The notes under the pieces are model-generated. The model searched no databases, was not told the DNA's origin, and was given only the letters and a program-made list of their open reading frames with translations. The translations under genes and the position numbers were made by a program. From Gordius albopunctatus (lineage: Eukaryota): a stretch of DNA of 64,000 bases. The DNA lies in contig OZ193909.1 in the NCBI GenBank assembly GCA_964276515.1, positions 18,042,001 through 18,106,000 of the forward strand. Direction: 5' to 3'. Of this stretch, positions 24,705 to 38,867 are shown in pieces (position 1 is the first letter of the stretch; each line of letters opens with the position of its first letter).

Positions 24705-26230
24705 TTAATTTATGTGGCAAGCTTCATTCCATTTTTGCGGCAAATTTTTAAAGATTCAATAATACTTATGCTGTCAACGTGTACGTGTATAACATCGCAG
24801 TAGTTCTTGCCTAACTACCTAATATTTATTTGCGTTCGTAAAAAAACACTGGCAATATAAAATTATAAGGCAAGAGACGAGGGAAGAATGAAAAATAATC
24901 AAGCAAGTATATTATCTTAAATAGGAAACGCATCGTAAACCCTCATCTTTGTCATTTTGATGTCGAGACGAGACGAAATTTTATCGGCGAGATCTCGACT
25001 TTTTTTATCGTTATATTTTAGTAAATTATTGTGTATTTTAATTTGCATGTTTTACATTTAAGGTATTAAGTTTAAATCAATACGTATGAAATATATTTGA
25101 CATTAAAAAAATTCCTGTAAATATTATATTTTTTGCAGGATTTACCTAAGTATGGTTGACTCTTAGGGTATGTGAATAATTTTATAATATCTTTATCACA
25201 TATTTGAATCCATAGCATTATTAGATATTACAAAATTATAGGCTTAGAATAAGTTCTGATTGAATAGTAAATATAAACAAAGCATATTTATATTTCGCAG
25301 TTATTCATCCTGCATAATGCGGGAATTATAAATTCGTGGTCAATCAGTTTGAATAATTAAACTAGTTAAGCTAAGGTGGCTCGAGATTTTTTAGCACCCG
25401 CTTAACGATTTCAAAAGTAAAATAGATTATTTAATGACACCGCAATAGATTAAATCTAAAGCATGAGTTTTCTAGACGTTTTATGCTTCAACTATATTCG
25501 ATAAATAACTATTTAATGTCAAAGTTAGTTAGAATTGGAAGATAATTATTTGGAATATAAATTTGATTTTAATGATTTTTGTCATAAATTTAAATACGTG
25601 CAATTTAGAGTTTAAAACCTCATATTCCGCTTTTATTGTTGTTTCTACCCCTTTTTATATGTGCATCTAGTTATCAATTCTGTAAATAATAATATTATCC
25701 ATTAAAAGTCACTCGCACATTGTGGTTTATAACGCTATAGTAAAAATTCAATAAACACTATGAGCTATAATTAATAATGGTACTAATGGACTTAAATGTT
25801 TGCCTTAAATATGTTAAGGTCTATTTGAAGCTTTAGCCAGGGTTAATAAAGGATCTCAATTTGCTAAATTGTGCAACCAAGCCAACTATAACCGAAATTA
25901 TTATTTTCTAAGTCTATATAGTTGACAAACACGGTGATTTGATACAAACGAAACGGTATAATTTGCTAGAACAATAAAATTTAATTTTCTATACTTCAAA
26001 TTTATTTATAGTTTTTTAGTCTGCACTTTCCATAGAAAATGTTATTTTTTTAATGAATTCATATCTTTATATTTACAATGAGATGTCGTGTCCCGCTAAA
26101 TCTTTAAAAAGTTTGTGTATTAAAGTTTATCAAAAAATATAAAAATTTGCCATTTTAATTTTTAAAACTTATTTCATATTTTTAATAAAACAGGAGAAAT
26201 TTTTATTCCGTATATATTTTTTTAAAAAAG

Positions 26231-26340
26231 TCGAGACGAGACGAGATCGAAATTTTTCTAGACCGAGACGAGACGAGATTTTCATAATCGCTGCCGAGAC
26301 GAGACAAGATTTTGTTTTCGAGACCGAGACGAGACGAGAT
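26231..26340. repeat. CGAGA(C/T) pentamer clusters, probably transposon subterminal repeats
   Basis: Four CGAGACGAGAC clusters here and another at 24964-24975. Confidence 0.6.
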
Positions 26341-27463
26341 CAAAACACTAAAGATTTACGAGAAAGATGATTTCTCATAAATGACATATACATAGTCAGA
26401 AGTTTAGAAGATTTGTAAATGTATAATTTAAATTTTGCTATTAATATTAAAAATAAATCTAGAGTGACAAGTATTAAGAATTCTCATAGACAAATCAGAA
26501 TTGTATTTTATAAAGTTATATGGCTAGTATAGTTCTATTATTAAACTCAATACTGTAACATATGTTTGTTTATATATATACTGTCTTATATCAAACTAAT
26601 TTATTCTTTATGCTATAAATTGTTCCATAATATTTGTTACTTATATTTATTGTCATAACCAAAATAATGCATATTTATTTCTGCAGTGTAAGGCTTAATC
26701 TATTAAATAAATGCTTTTTAATAATATCGCCCAATGATCAACAAATTTATCCTAATTTATGTTATACGGGTTTAATTTATTATATGCTTGCTTATATGTA
26801 TTGCCAATAACAACTTATGTTTACTTATTTGATATACTATATTTCTTATCATGGCGGGAAACATTTTATATTATAGTAATATAAAACTTTATATAATTAC
26901 AATTCATTAAATGAGTTTATATGTATCGCTTAATAACATATTTATATCTAATCCTTTTTATATAGTTTTTAGTATGGCTGAAGACGTTTTCATCCTACTT
27001 TGCTATACAGGAATTTTTGAACAGGCATTATATTTAAAAACTATATAAAATATATATATTATTGTATATTTGCTATATTTAAAATTAAATTTTACGATTT
27101 TGCATCTTGTTAATTAATGCGTTAGTTTGTAGAAGATGTCTACTTTATTAATAAATAAGCCAAAGATAATGTGGTTATCGTTAAACATTAGTTTATATAG
27201 CATTGTATCGAGGTTAATATGAATAACATTATTAAATCGCTGTAAGATATTAAAATTCGAATGAGCGTGAATAGAGTGAGAATAAATTTGAATTGAGTGA
27301 TATCCAAATCATAAAGATACCAGTATTCTAATCTGGTAATACCATAAGTTATTATGTCGATTAGTGCTTATGGGTCCAAATCAAAAATTGTATCTAGATC
27401 ATCTAGATGCGATAATCAGCTGATTACAAATTTTGTTAAATAAAACATGGTTAACTTCTTGAT

Positions 27464-30400
27464 ATGATTAGCTTGCCGAATAACCTATCTCAATTTTCAG
27501 ATTATGCATATTGGGAAAAGTTTTTTAAAAATTTAGGCGATAAAGATTTTGAATGGTATGTTGTTTTTTTTATATTTAATTTTTAAAGGTATGGAGAATA
27601 TAAAGATTTTTCTGACATCTTAATGCAAATAATAAAACCAGAAGACATAGTTCTGGTAGTTGGATGTGGCAATTCCAATTTAAGCTTTTCATTATATTCA
27701 GATGGTTTTCCAAATATAACTAATATTGATATTAGTGATAAGGTTGTTAAACAACTAACTGAAAAGAGTATAAAGCTGAATATGAAGATGTCTTTTTTAA
27801 AAATGGATGTTCTTAAGGTAATTACATATTAGAACTAATTATTTTAAAATATGTAAAACTTGATATTATAAATTTTATCTTAAACTATAGATTCCACTTT
27901 AATTTATAGAAATATGCCAAATTAATTTGAATATTATCTTGAGTTTTAGGCAAAATTTAATATCTAAATTTTTTAGCCTTGACCTATGGTTGGTAATACT
28001 TTAAAATATAGTGCCATTAAAAATAATTTATTGAAATTAATTCTCATATATTCATAGGATAGTCATATTTTGTTAGTGTTGATTTTGGAAAAACTCTATT
28101 GCCTAAAAAGTGGTTTATTATTCAAGTATCATTTTAATCCTTAAAAGATTAATATATCTCAAATAATAATTTTACTTATCTCCAAGATAACACTTGTTTG
28201 GGGTCATTAAAATAATTATTTCTAAAAATAATGCCTAATTACCATTCCAGTTTATTTGAGTTCTACTTATATTTCTTTACTGAGGTTGTTTTTTTTGGTA
28301 GATGACATTTCCTGATAATACCTTCAATGCAGTTGTGGATAAAGGAACTTTAGATGCTCTTGCTCATGGTTCAAGCAGAGAAACATATGAAAGGTTATCA
28401 AAAATGTGGTCAGAGATCTTAAGAGTTTCACTTGCTGAAACAAGGGAAGATGAAGAATTAGCTAGGTACATTTGTGTCAGCTTAGCTCAAGGTCATATAT
28501 TAGACATGATTGATTCATTTTTTATTTCAAAATCCTCCAAACTCCCACATAGTTCAAGCGTGGATCAACTTAAAGTTTTTGTAGTCAAAAAGGAGGGAGA
28601 AATATTTCCAATTTTTGTTTTCGTATTTTACATTGTCAAAAAACCATGTAAATCAAAGAATGCAAAAAGTGAAAAGTTAGAGAAGTCATTGAATAAATCC
28701 ATAAAATCCACGATATTTCAAAGTGTAGACACTTCCAATGATGTAACTCAGTATGAATCTTATGCCCAATTGGTAAATTGGATTAAAACACATCAGTACC
28801 ATTATGCCTTGAAGCAGAAAGACATTAAAGAAAAGTCAGCAATCTTTTAATACAACAACTTATTTAAAGTTAATTCTATGCTTGTTTTTATTTTTGTTAA
28901 ATTAAATGTGATTGATAAATCTTATTGTGCTGTCAAAATCTAAATTCGAGATTTTTATCATTTCAAATTGATTATAGTTTAAGTTTCAAGCAAAAATATG
29001 CAATATTAAGAGAAATTCAATTGTTGAATTCATATAAATGAAAATTTTTGAAGCTAGGCTACCCCCCCCCCCGGTCACTATCCCAATTTTTGTTGGTGTG
29101 CAAACCTGAATTAAAATTTAGAATATATCTTATATTTTTATTTACTTTTTTTTTAAATGTTATTTCTTATTTTAAATTTCAGTGCAGATGGAGATCACGA
29201 AATTTCGTTTAATCTTTTCATCAACGAAGAGGACAAAGAGCCCCGTTACACGTTTTACCTGACTAAATGCCCGGATGAATTTGTTGAGGATGATGGCCAA
29301 CATAAATTTGCGGCTTTTTTAGTGCCACTGGGGCGGTAATATTTTAAAAACATTTAATTAACATTTTTTTTAATATTGTTATGCAATTTATGCTTTCGGT
29401 TTTCCCCCTGTCTTGTCCTGTCCGGCTTATTTAACTTGTAGCCTTATCAATTTTCAATCTTTTATTTGAATTCTGCTTGATATGATCTTAACGAAATTTT
29501 ACATTTTGTATAAAAATGACTTTATACATGGTCTAGCCATCATTTCACATGGAAATGGTGAAAAAAACTCGGTGGATATTTTGGGAGAAGCAAAACCGTG
29601 ATATATTGAATATTAAACCATAATTTTATAAGAGGAGGGGAGGGGGCAGTGCTCCTTTTTGCTCCCCCTTGGCTAAGCCCATGTCTGTATAACTAATGCT
29701 GAAAAGCTCGAATATATCGATTCAGATTTGTTAATGAAAATTGCGTTAAAATTAACCAACAGTGTATTTGCTGTGTTTTACATCTTTTTTATGGATTTAT
29801 AGCTATGGCAAGTTAATCATGCTAATATATAATATATAGGGAAACTACGAATTTTCGGTGATTTTTTTATATCTTGCACCATAGTGGTGCCATTTTTTAT
29901 TTATATAATGCCCTTTTTCCTCCATTTTAGATCATTGCTAATACATTTCTGCTCCGTACAATAATCCAAACTTTAAATATCAATATTAATAGAGTGTAAA
30001 ATATTGTTTTTCTTCACTGCGAAAGTTTGATTTTAGCGATGCACATTTTATTTGGCTAAATATGTATTTAGGGAAGGCGAGTGGCTCTTCAATACACCCA
30101 AAGGCAGAATTACTCTAGCAAAATCGGCTCGGTTTAAACGTTTGATCATAGTACACCAGAACAGAAATCATAATTACGGAAGCCTAGAAAGCATTCAAGA
30201 TGAACTTTCCCCGGCCATAGAACGATACAAGCCCGACGACCTGCTCTCTGGCCAAAAAGTTTGTTCAGTTTTTTTTCGACTTGCAAAGTAGTTTTAGAGG
30301 GGGGGGTGGAGGTTGATTTTAAAGAAAGGAAAGGATTAAAAATTTTGACTTTTGAGTTGATTTTTTGGATTAAAGGATAGCTGGTTTATGTATATATAGC

Positions 30401-33400
30401 CCAACCACCTGTTCTCCGACGAAAAACTATGTCTAGTTTTTTTGGACTTGCAAGGTAGTTTTAGAGGGCGGATGTTTGATTTTAAAGAAGGGATTAAAAG
30501 TTTTGGTTGGTTTTAAACGGTGAAAGTTGCTAAAATTGAATAGATTTTTTTATGTAGAAGATTATAGGACCCCGGGAATGAGTTATGAGTGTCTAATATA
30601 AAAAACAAAATTAACGCTATTTATAGCTTTAATTTTGTGCGCTTTTAACGTTATTAAATAAATATCTATATTCTGGTTATATTCAGAAAAAAAGAGGTTG
30701 TGGCTATCCACCTTAGACCCTTTCGAATAAAAATTTAATTTAAAATGGCTCGAGATATATATAATATGGGTAAATTCAATTTTAGCACTCCTGGTTGTAT
30801 GAACATGGGAGTTTTTATATTTCATATATGCATGCAGGTATCAAGGCTTGCTAATGAATAAGTGATGAGCAATTTGAACCATGATTTTGTTCAATGCTTA
30901 TAATAGATTTTGGGGCAAATGACCCTTTTTGCCACTTTCTAGCTAGACTTGTGTATATAATAGTAGTAGTGTTGTGACCAAAGATTTGACCTGGTCCGTT
31001 TTTCTTAGTCGCATAAGCAGACCAAAGAACTATTGAATCTAAAGTTTTACCTGATATCTTCTCGAAATACGCTAGATTCCAATCCTGTCATTGGGAGACG
31101 ATACGCTAGAACGTGAGGTGGTAGAGAAGGGCTTGACATCGTGTAGCGGTTATGAATACCAAGTTGAGGATGTAAAATTGGAGGAGCACGAATTTTGGCT
31201 TAGGCGCCTCTACTTTTTGAACGCGCCGAGTTTGATTCAAAGCGAAATTCGCTTACTAAGTAAAAACTCACTTGCTCTGCCTTTTAATCATTTTTTTGTT
31301 AATATTTAATGGTTTTCGTGGTGGTAATGGGTAGAATTATGCTTAGACTAATGGCTAACAAGTGAATTTAGTAAATAACATTGGCGTAGCCAAGGAGGAC
31401 AGCGAGGGACTGCCCCCTCTAAATCCAAAATTTTGTCTAAATTTATTAAAATTTATGGCTAAAATTTCAAAAAATGACTTTTTTGCCTCCCTAAATCATT
31501 ATTGCCCCCCCCTCTAATTCCAATGCTGCTTAAATAAAATATATTATAGATGGCGCTAATTTTAAAATATTATCTCCTCAAACACGCGAATAATGGATTT
31601 TCATTTATTACCAATTACAATCTAGTTTAAAAATTCTTCACCTATAAATTACTTTCTTTTTTTTGTTAAGCGGTATAAGCTAAATATCAATCTTTATTAA
31701 TCATATTATATTAAACCTATAATTCTACTTATATTCTAACTTACCTAACCCCATTCTTAAATTTTAACAGACGATATAAATAACAATGTTATACAAATTT
31801 GAAAAATTCAAATAAAATTTTTGTTCATTATTTAATTTTCTGTTTATAAAAAAACAACGGCATGATAATACGTGTTAGGGCTTCGCCGGCTCCCGCCTTG
31901 ACAGCCGAGTGACGCGTATTCCTGGCCGTCACTGTAGGGTCAGGAGTTAAGGACTTGTCAGTTTCTTCTCCGTCAGCATCTATCATTGAGGCAGTTTCTA
32001 TGTTATAAAAATTAGTAATTTATTGTACTTTATTGAATATAAGGGAATTGGGTAAATTAAGATATTTTTATAATATTTACTTTTTTGTAGCGTTGTTGGA
32101 TAAGGGGATAAAATGTAATATAAGGGAATTAGGTTTAGTTGTTGGATTTGGAAAAGGGGATAAATCATATATCTGTTCATATAGGATTGCATACAGGCAT
32201 ATAATACATGTGGGTGGGAAGTTTTATCTCGCTGGCAGCATGTGCGGTGATAAAATAATAACAACATACATGACATAGCAATTAAAGGCAGTTGCTGCTA
32301 TAACCCAGTGGCGTAAATAAAGGGGGAGGGAAAAATAGTTAATAATGTTTAAATGTATATATCGCTCGCACCCAGCAAATAAGCTTGGCTCGAGAGTATG
32401 TTTTTGGGAGACATTAATTAGGGTTAATAAATAACCTATCAAAATTAATTTAGCGATAACAAATATTATTTTTTTAATTTGAAAAGGTGCCTAACATTGA
32501 GAAATATGTATTTATTAAATTACTATTAAATAAAAAATTTATGATATTTCTAGCTGTCTCGACATTTTCCTCTTCGAAATTGAAGGATTCAGGTTGTGAA
32601 GCATAATACTTCTCTAAATCTTTAGCTAATTTTGGGTGAACCGTAAATTTATTGTCTAAAAACATTTTAGTGACCCAAGCAATTGTAGTAGATGCTTCGT
32701 AATCTTTGCAACTCTGGGGGGGGGGGGGGGAAAGTCGACGTTTCAGATCATTACAACGGTCTATAAATACATACGAGTCAAAAAAAACAAAAAAAAATTC
32801 GATTCACATTTTGGCCAATGGTCATTTTTTCATTGGTCAGTAGCCTGCGGACGGTCAAAAAGTCATATTATCAATGGCATTAACAGGAACAATCATAAGA
32901 GTAAAAACGGTCTATAAATACATACGAGTCAAAAAAACGAGAATTGGCCAATGGTCATTTTTTTCCATTGGTCAGTACCAAGAGATACTCACTTTGGCCA
33001 ATGGTCATTTTTTCCATTGGACAGTAGCCTGCGGACGGTCAAAAAGTCATATTATCAATGGCATTAACAGAAACAATCATAAGAGTAAAAAACGGGAAAA
33101 AATTTTCGATTCACAATTTGGCCAATGGTCATTTTTCCCATCGGTCAGCAGCCAGCGGACGGCCAAAAAGTCATAATAGCAATGGTAGTAACACGAACAA
33201 TCATAAAAAATTGCATAGCAATTAATATATATATATATATATATATATATCAATGGTATTAACAAGAACAATATATTAATTTAATTTAAAAAAAATAAAA
33301 AATTTTGTCCTCTTCGCGATTCGAACCCACATTAATAGAGGCATAAGCTTTTGTAGGGGCACAGGGACCCATATCAGTAGAGGCATAGGATAATTAGCAA

Positions 33401-36400
33401 TGTTAACCTAATATACCAATTCAAAAACAAACAAAAAAATTCGAACAAAATTTGACCAATAGTCATTTTTTTCAATGGTCAGTAGCCAGAACACGGTCAA
33501 AAAGTCATATTATTAATGGTATTAACAAGAATAATATATTAATTTAATTTTAAAATAAAAAACTTTGTCCTCTCCGGGTCTCGAACACTCAATTTAGAAC
33601 GTTCGCCGGGATTCAAACCCACATTAAATAGAGGCATAAGCCTTTGGAGGAGAACAGGGAACCATATCAATAGAGGCATAGGCCCTTGTAGGAGAGGGCA
33701 TAGGGTAATTATCAATGTTAAACTATTCAAAAACGAAAAATTAAAAATTTCGATTTATTTGGCTAGTGGTCATTTTTTCATTGGTCAGTAGCCTGCGGAC
33801 GGTCAAAAAGTCATATTATCAATGGTATTAACAAGAACAAAATATTAATTTAATTTAAAACAAAAAAATAAAAAAAAATTTCTTCGGGTCTCGATCCACA
33901 ACTTTGCAAGTCGGGAAGCTGGTGTAAATAACTTGGTGGAAGACGGACGACGGACGGACAAAAAAACGAGCCCATAAATTGCATAGCAATTAATATTATG
34001 GAATTAGGAAAATATAAATAGAATATCTACTATAATAATTATTAATTATTAGGAAATTAATAATATATAGTATAATTTATGTTTTTTTATTATTTTTGTA
34101 AAAAGAATTACATATTTTGTGAAGGTGAGATAATTAAATTTAAAAAATTAAGAATCGTAGATATTGGGAAAACATTCGGTTATGGCTAATGAAATATTTA
34201 CAGATAGTTATGCCGATTTTCTGTCGTATAAAAAATGATTCGCGATTGTCATGGGATAGCAATGAAATTTGTTTCCCTATTTTTTTAAAAAGTTGTAAGG
34301 CTAGGTTGTTAGGGTAGTCGTCGCAATGGGACAAAATATTATAGTAGTATTGTTAATATCTGCTGAGTATTTTGAAATTTTCAGACCCTCGGCTGAGGAC
34401 AAGGGGCAAATAGGTCAGCAGTACATGTATAATCCCATGCCAAACTGAGTCCTTTTTCCCAAGCGCCTAAAGTTTGGCCATCGGGTCGTTTGTTGTCATC
34501 ACAGAGGCCGATGGGAAACCAGCTTTGGTCAGATAGTTATGGATAAGTTTGTTAACCGCGGTATGTTGAAAGTACCGGGCTTTGTTGCGATTACAGTGAA
34601 GGTGATAATGAAAATATGAAGGAATCTATAGAATAATAATTGTGAAATTTTTGAAATAAGAAATAGATACAAATTTTAAGACCGGAACAATACTATGATT
34701 GTATCCCATTGCCGCCACAACCACGCTCACGAGTCACAACCTTTGGCCCCAAAGCCTTAGAAATTATTTTAAAAGATAAGGAAACAAATTTCTTTGTTTG
34801 CTATCCCGTGATAATAGCGAATATATTTTTATAAGACAAAAAATGGGCATTACTATTTGTAAATATAATTCTATACCAATATCGGAATATTTTACCAAAT
34901 ATTTATGATATCTAACTTTTTCATTCATCTTTACACAATATGTATTTTTACCTTAATAAATTAAATTAAAACATAGAATGTGATAATGATGATAATAATA
35001 ATATGTACTGAGAAGTTAATTTATTAATTCCTAAATTAGCTTGGGGGGGGGGGGGGTGGGGGTTTAAAAAGAGAACAAATGACAAATAATAATTATATAA
35101 AATTTTTATATTCATATGATTTTTGGCAAACTCGATATAATATCGTCACCTTTCTTTTTTCTCCTTGTCGACTATAAATAAGCAACCATAAATTTAAGTT
35201 TATGATTTGTTTTTACCCAAATAGTTTTTTTATAAGTTTGACAATTGTTTAAATTTAAATGCCTCAAATTTTAGCCGACCCTAAAGGAGATTTGAGGCCC
35301 GACCTGCTGGGTCCTTTGCGATTCGAACACCACAAAGCCATGGTTACAGCCATAGCCATTACTTTTCCCAACTTTGATGCCTCCTTGAAATGCCTGATCA
35401 TCGGGCTCGGTTAGTTTGTTAGCTGTATCATTTACACTTTCATTTATATCTACTTTTTACACTAAATTTTAAGTTTTTCGATTATTTTTAATAAGTTAGG
35501 CTATAATAATATTTATTAGTTTAAAAATCTACGATTCTGGAAACATTTTTTGATCGATTTTTCCCATATTCAGAAGGTTTATTTCTCTAAATAATTACGT
35601 GATTTTGATATGGGTAGCAATAAAATATTTGGGAAGTTTTAGGATGTTAATTTTGATATTTTATTTATTAAGGGGGAGGTGCCTTGTCAACTTTTTTGCT
35701 CAACTTCTTCCCCAGCATGGAAACTACCGTGGTTGAAATAGATCAAAAAATCGTTTCGGTAGCTACTAGATTGTTCGGTTATCAAAGTAATTTTAAGCAT
35801 GTCATTTTGCATTTCTATATTTAATTAATACTGGTCAATAAGTAATGCACTTACAAAATCGACCAGCAAACGGGTTGCGGATTTGGGTAGATATTTTTGC
35901 CGTGAACACAAATATATTTTTAGTTTTTTCCTTCTTCGTTAAGTTTTTGAAATATATGCTGTCAAAGTTGCTAAAAACAGCGATTTGGCATTTTTTAAAC
36001 GTCAATAACTTGCAAATTAATCGGTAATTTTTAGTTTAATAAATTTGGTTTATAAATAAAGGAGAAAACTCTACATATTTGTTCAATCGGTAGAGTCAGG
36101 CGCTAAAAGAGTTAAATAGATATTAGTTCTTAGGCGATAATATGGATTATAATATATTAATGGCGTAAATTATTATCTGTAACAATAGAACTCATTCCAG
36201 CATTGGAATTTGAGGGGGGCAATAATGATTTAGCCAGGGGCAAAATGAACATTTTTTGAAATTTTAGCCATAATTTTACTAAATTTCAACAATTTTTTCG
36301 GATTTAGAGAGGGGGGCAGCCGCCCATCCCTGCCCCTTCCCCCTCGCTTACGCCCATGCTTCTTCATAACAATATATTATAATTGGATTAATTTGTCTTG

Positions 36401-37537
36401 ATTTAAAAATAGAAATATTTACCGTTTTCAACATGTTTTTGTGTGAACAAACCTAGCTTCTAGCAAGTGTAAAACTGAAGTTGACGATGGCCTGACTTTC
36501 TTGGCCAAAGATAAATCGGTTTACGATATAATAATCATCGACGTTAACACGAATGATCCCTCCGAAGCTTTATTTTCACCTCCGGCGTCTTTTATAACCC
36601 CGGAACATATAAAACTTTTCCAAAATTCGCTCAATATAAATGGTAAAATATCGATTTAGTCTACTTTTTCATTATATATGATGACTAAATTAAGTTGGAG
36701 AGTGAGTTTGAATTTGGTTTTAAGAGATAAGTTTGGAAAATTGTTTGTTGCATGGTCAATAATTTTAGAATATGTTGTATTAAATTCCTTTTTCCTAATT
36801 TAAAGGTTTTATTTTCAAGGGTGATAGATCGTTTTTCAGTATCACAATCAATGTCTTTTGAAACTTTCGTTAAAATGTAGAAAGAAAATTGCTAAATTTT
36901 CGGGGAAAAAATTGTTTTGATTTTAGAAATGAATACTATCTATTTTAAAATCAGTTCTTATAAATTACATATTGGATAAATCAGAATAATATCTTACTTA
37001 ATTACTTATATTTACTAAAATATTATGGATTTATCTTTTTTGGACAAATTTCATGATTTTGTTATATGTTTTTCAATATAAATTTGTACTAAGAAACATG
37101 TGAATATAATTTTTTGAAATTTTAGCGATTCAACAAATTATCTGATTCATAGGGTGGCACCCCCCCCCCCTCCCGGCTAAGAAATGTAAATTTGTGTCTT
37201 TATTGCAGGAGTGCTAATGACGACCGTATTAACACGCGATGCCCAATCAATTGAAAACGTGGAAGAAATATTTGCCAAAGCGTTCCCCGAACCATGCTCA
37301 CGCGCCCTGATTGATTTGGGTGACCAAGAATTGGATAAAGTTATACAAATAACTTATCGAGACACAAAATCCTCGGCTAATACGCAGGAAAAAGATGCCC
37401 TAACTCAAAGATATGCGGCATTTGAAAATTATTTAGGTGCTGTTCTGCGTGAAAAATTAAAGGAGAAGGGGGAGAGGGTTGAAACTGAAGATTATGTGTT
37501 TGATTTGGGAATGTATTTGGAGAGAAAATTGTTTTAA
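27464..37537 (+). CDS. METTL13: eEF1A lysine and N-terminal methyltransferase (two methyltransferase domains)
   Basis: Exons: 27464-27555, 27589-27817, 28302-28834, 29183-29335, 30072-30258, 31076-31259, 35275-35409, 35673-35786, 36457-36642, 37209-37537. N-domain [35 protein letters not shown]; linker FLVPLGREGEWLF, RRLYFL..LIQSE; C-domain [35 protein letters not shown]. Confidence 0.94.
32530..32716 (-). pseudogene. Isolated serpin-like coding fragment, antisense within a METTL13 intron
   Basis: Translates [50 protein letters not shown], matching the serpin s2A-hE-s1A-hF pattern (..F....F.....L.KYY....S.DF.....AR..IN). No other serpin exons found. Confidence 0.6.
32745..33991 (-). mobile_element. 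Second, partial copy of the DINE-1/HINE-like element
   Basis: Same TTGGCCAATGGTCATTTT..CATTGGTCAG units, long near-identity to 20150-20657, GACG microsatellite and terminal GAGCCCATAAATTGCATAGCAATT. Confidence 0.85.
34140..34605 (-). pseudogene. 3' fragment of a CRE-like non-LTR retrotransposon (endonuclease region)
   Basis: Minus-strand [21 protein letters not shown].., [25 protein letters not shown] and [13 protein letters not shown], with frameshifts. Confidence 0.8.
34680..34960 (+). pseudogene. Related retroelement 3' end in the opposite orientation
   Basis: [38 protein letters not shown] is homologous to the 34140-34300 segment; followed by AATAAA. Confidence 0.65.
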
Positions 37538-38451
37538 ATTGTCGTTATTGTTATGTAGAATATTGTTAAATAGATAATAGTATAATAAATCGGTTCAAAA
37601 TTATATTACGTGATTAAATGTGAGATCTAATGTTTTTGTACCAATATTTTGGGATTTCAAACGATCAAATACATTATGATAAAACAAAATATACTAAGAG
37701 TCAAGTTTTCGACTTAATGTTGGGTATAAAATTAATATTTTTTGCACTTCTTGTTAATCAAGTTTTTTTAGTTGTCTCATCGTACTTTTAAAAAACGTCT
37801 TTTTATATTTATGATTATTATATATGAAATATAAGATGGCTTTGTTAAATCGTTCCGTTGATTTTAAATTTTTATATTATTTCACGACGATTCAAATATT
37901 TGTTTTAAGCTTATTTAACTGAAACATGACCTGTAAATGTTTAAAAGATAGGTGTATCCTTTGCCGCTAAAGAATTATATTTTTTGTAAAAAACGCTCTT
38001 AAAACTATAAAGAATTCTCATAATAATTTAAGAATTGTAAATAATATATATAATAATTTTTGCTTGCCTTCATAACAAAATTAAGTCCCCTTTTCTAAAC
38101 AATTTATTTATCTTATGGAGATGTCAAAATTTTATAAATGGAAGGGGGGGGGGCAAGTCATAATCTTTGCATTGTCGAAACATTTCTACCTAGGGAAAAT
38201 TGTGTGATGCAAAATTCAAGTAGTTAACTTTCTTTAATTTGCTATTGCCCTTATCCAAGACCCCGGGGGTCGGAGGAGTATTTAGATTTAAAAATTATTG
38301 GTCGCCATTTATGTAATCACGAAATTCAAAACAGTTTGTAATAAGCGTTAAATTTTTAGACTCTTTTAACCATTTATTGAAGTCCATATTAGTGTTAGGA
38401 AAAGAGGTTGTTTTGTTTAGACGACGTTTGTTATTAGTCGACTAATCGGCA

Positions 38452-38665
38452 CCCGGTCAAAGTAGCAGTAAAATAGGAGGCAAATTGGTCAGATATCGTG
38501 AGAATTCATGAAGATTGGTCAATAAATTGATAAATATTGGGGTTAGGGGGTTAGGAATACATCAGAAATTCTCCCCCCCCCCTATTTGAGATTTAATTCT
38601 AATATCTTGATAATCTAAACAAATATTTTTCCGTTACTTTTTCATCATTCTGCTACTTTGACGGG
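38452..38665. mobile_element. Small MITE
   Basis: TIRs CCC(G)GTCAAAGTAGCAG / CTGCTACTTTGACGGG. Confidence 0.5.
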
Positions 38666-38867
38666 TATTCAACTAATATTCATAACAATGATAGCGCCAC
38701 GCTAGAGCTCTAGCACCTTATGTGACTATCTCCTACAGCTCTTGCGCCCTCGTGTGACTATGTGCTTTAGCTTTAGCGCCTATCAAACGCCATTTCACCA
38801 TCACTAAGTATATACAAAAGATCGGTCTTTTTACAGCACTAATTCATAATCATGGTTTAGGCATCGT

